Assembly (NCBI RefSeq): GCF_009914755.1
Contig: NC_060933.1
From: the human T2T-CHM13v2.0 reference genome, Homo sapiens
DNA: 64,000 bases
Reading direction: 5' to 3' (one strand)
A program made the position numbers and the translations under genes. Shown here in pieces: positions 62,365 through 64,000 of this stretch. Position 1 is the stretch's first letter. Every line of letters begins with the position of its first letter. The notes beneath the pieces are model-generated. The model did not search any database and had not been told where the DNA came from. It saw nothing but the letters and a program-made list of their open reading frames with translations.

Positions 62365-62434
62365 TGCTTGTTGCAATTGCCTTTTTTCTGTATAAATGTC
62401 TTTAATGCAATATACTGGAAAGCTTTTCTATTTT

Positions 62435-62440
62435 AATAAA
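62435..62440 (+). terminator. Polyadenylation signal AATAAA of full-length RECK
   Basis: Canonical hexamer with U-rich upstream context at the end of the UTR. Confidence 0.85.
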
Positions 62441-62451
62441 AATAATTTTTA

Positions 62452-62727
<276 letters not shown>

Positions 62728-63009
62728 GAAGTCATGGAGTGCTATTATCCCAAGCCAAGGGCCCTGGGAGAACAGGCCAGCTAGGACACAGTTGGTCAGA
62801 CCAGAGGGCAGGCAGTGACAGAGAGTCAAATACAAAGACCCCAGCTTTCAGCCTTAAGGACAGAGAGAGCTTCAGGCCTTCCAAGACTGCATACTAGGCA
62901 GTTCTCCCCACTGTGCTGGTCCTGATGTTCCAGTTCCAGGGTACACCTGGGGCAGGGAGACCATGGGAATATGGAGATGGAGGGCTGCTGATGGGACCAG
63001 AGAAGTGGT

Positions 63010-63360
63010 ACCAATCAGCTTAGGCTAAGTCCCCAAAACTTCAGTGGCTTACAACAGAGGCTTCTATTTTGTTCCCTTCACATGTCCATTGTGGGTCAGC
63101 TGCCACACCTGATACTATCTTCACTCCAGACCCATTCCAGCGTCCTCACAAAGGGCAGAAAAGAGACATAGAGGACCACAAGCTGGCCCTGAATTCTCTG
63201 CTTGGAAGTGATGCTGTCATTTCTTTCTACGTTTTACTAACCAAAGCAAGTCACATGGCCACTCCAGAGTTCAAAGGGTGGGGACATACAGTCCTCCCAC
63301 GGTGTTTTGTGTGTGTTGGGGGAGGGACAGTAAGTATTTTGAATAACACTGTCTACCATA
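63010..63360 (-). mobile_element. MLT1-family LTR relic
   Basis: CCCCAAAACTTCAGTGGCTTACAACA; AAAGCAAGTCACATGGCCACTCC. Confidence 0.65.
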
Positions 63361-64000
63361 GACATCTTTTCTCATCAGGCTAGGACAATAGCCAGGACTG
63401 ACAAGATTTTTTATTAGAGAAGTAGATGTTTCCAGCCTGGTCAACATAGCAAGAACCCATCTCAAAGAAAATGCAAGGCGTTTAATAGGACAGGTTGGAG
63501 AAGGTGATCAAATGGTACAGGCAACCTGCCATGGGAGGTGTGAGTTGGGGGAGGGAGCATCTAACAAGGGGGAAGACGCAAGCCCTCGAAAAGAGGGTTG
63601 GTTTGCACCAGGCCTGGAAGAAACCAGGAGACTTTGCCAGATGGCTTTGAGAAAGGCATTCTAAGTAGGAGGTACAGCTTGAGCAAAGGTGCAGAAACGA
63701 CAGAGTCCAGGTCCGTTCCAGGGGTAGAACAGCAGGGCTGACATGTTGTGAGGGGCGTGGTGTGGGGAAGTATAAGGCAGATCCGATGTGCCCAGCTTGA
63801 ATGCCAGGCCACAGTGGCATCCTAAGCCTCTGCCCTTGCCCTTCCAGCTACACTGACCAGCCTGGATAGCTCTAGCCTGCAAAGGATTGTGTGCCCCAAA
63901 CTTCAGTGCCACGAGACCTTCAAGACCATCCACTGATCTTGTTACTAGGCAGTGCTTCCCTCTGTCCTGTGAGCACCCTGGACTCTCCTGAGGAAATAAT

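Overview
Human (primate) genomic DNA holding the 3' part of RECK (reversion-inducing cysteine-rich protein with Kazal motifs) on the + strand: coding exons 5-21 (about aa 91-971), the 3' UTR with poly(A) signal, and ~1.5 kb of downstream flank. All 17 exons have AG/GT boundaries and join into one frame. The gene name and exon numbering come from recalling the RECK protein and gene structure, not from a search. The standout non-coding feature is a complete type I hammerhead ribozyme in mid intron 6 (10681-10751, GUC cleavage after 10734). It matches the published amniote-conserved HH9 ribozyme, so it is known, but its function is unresolved. The same intron has several structures I cannot attribute to standard annotation: an ATTAAA plus GU-rich tract 24 nt after the cleavage site, small hairpins upstream of it, a ~250-bp-arm non-Alu inverted duplication (14051-15014) with a locally duplicated fragment in its loop, and a candidate poison/cassette exon (4764/4824-4865). 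Intron 8 holds three alternative terminal-exon acceptors giving GPI-less 225/248/220-aa RECK forms, set among an old L1 3' end, Alus, an antisense LTR12-type solo LTR and an L1PA 3' end abutting the weak exon 9 acceptor. The rest is dense Alu/L1/L2/MIR/MER/MLT sequence. Repeat subfamilies and boundaries were called by eye and are approximate.
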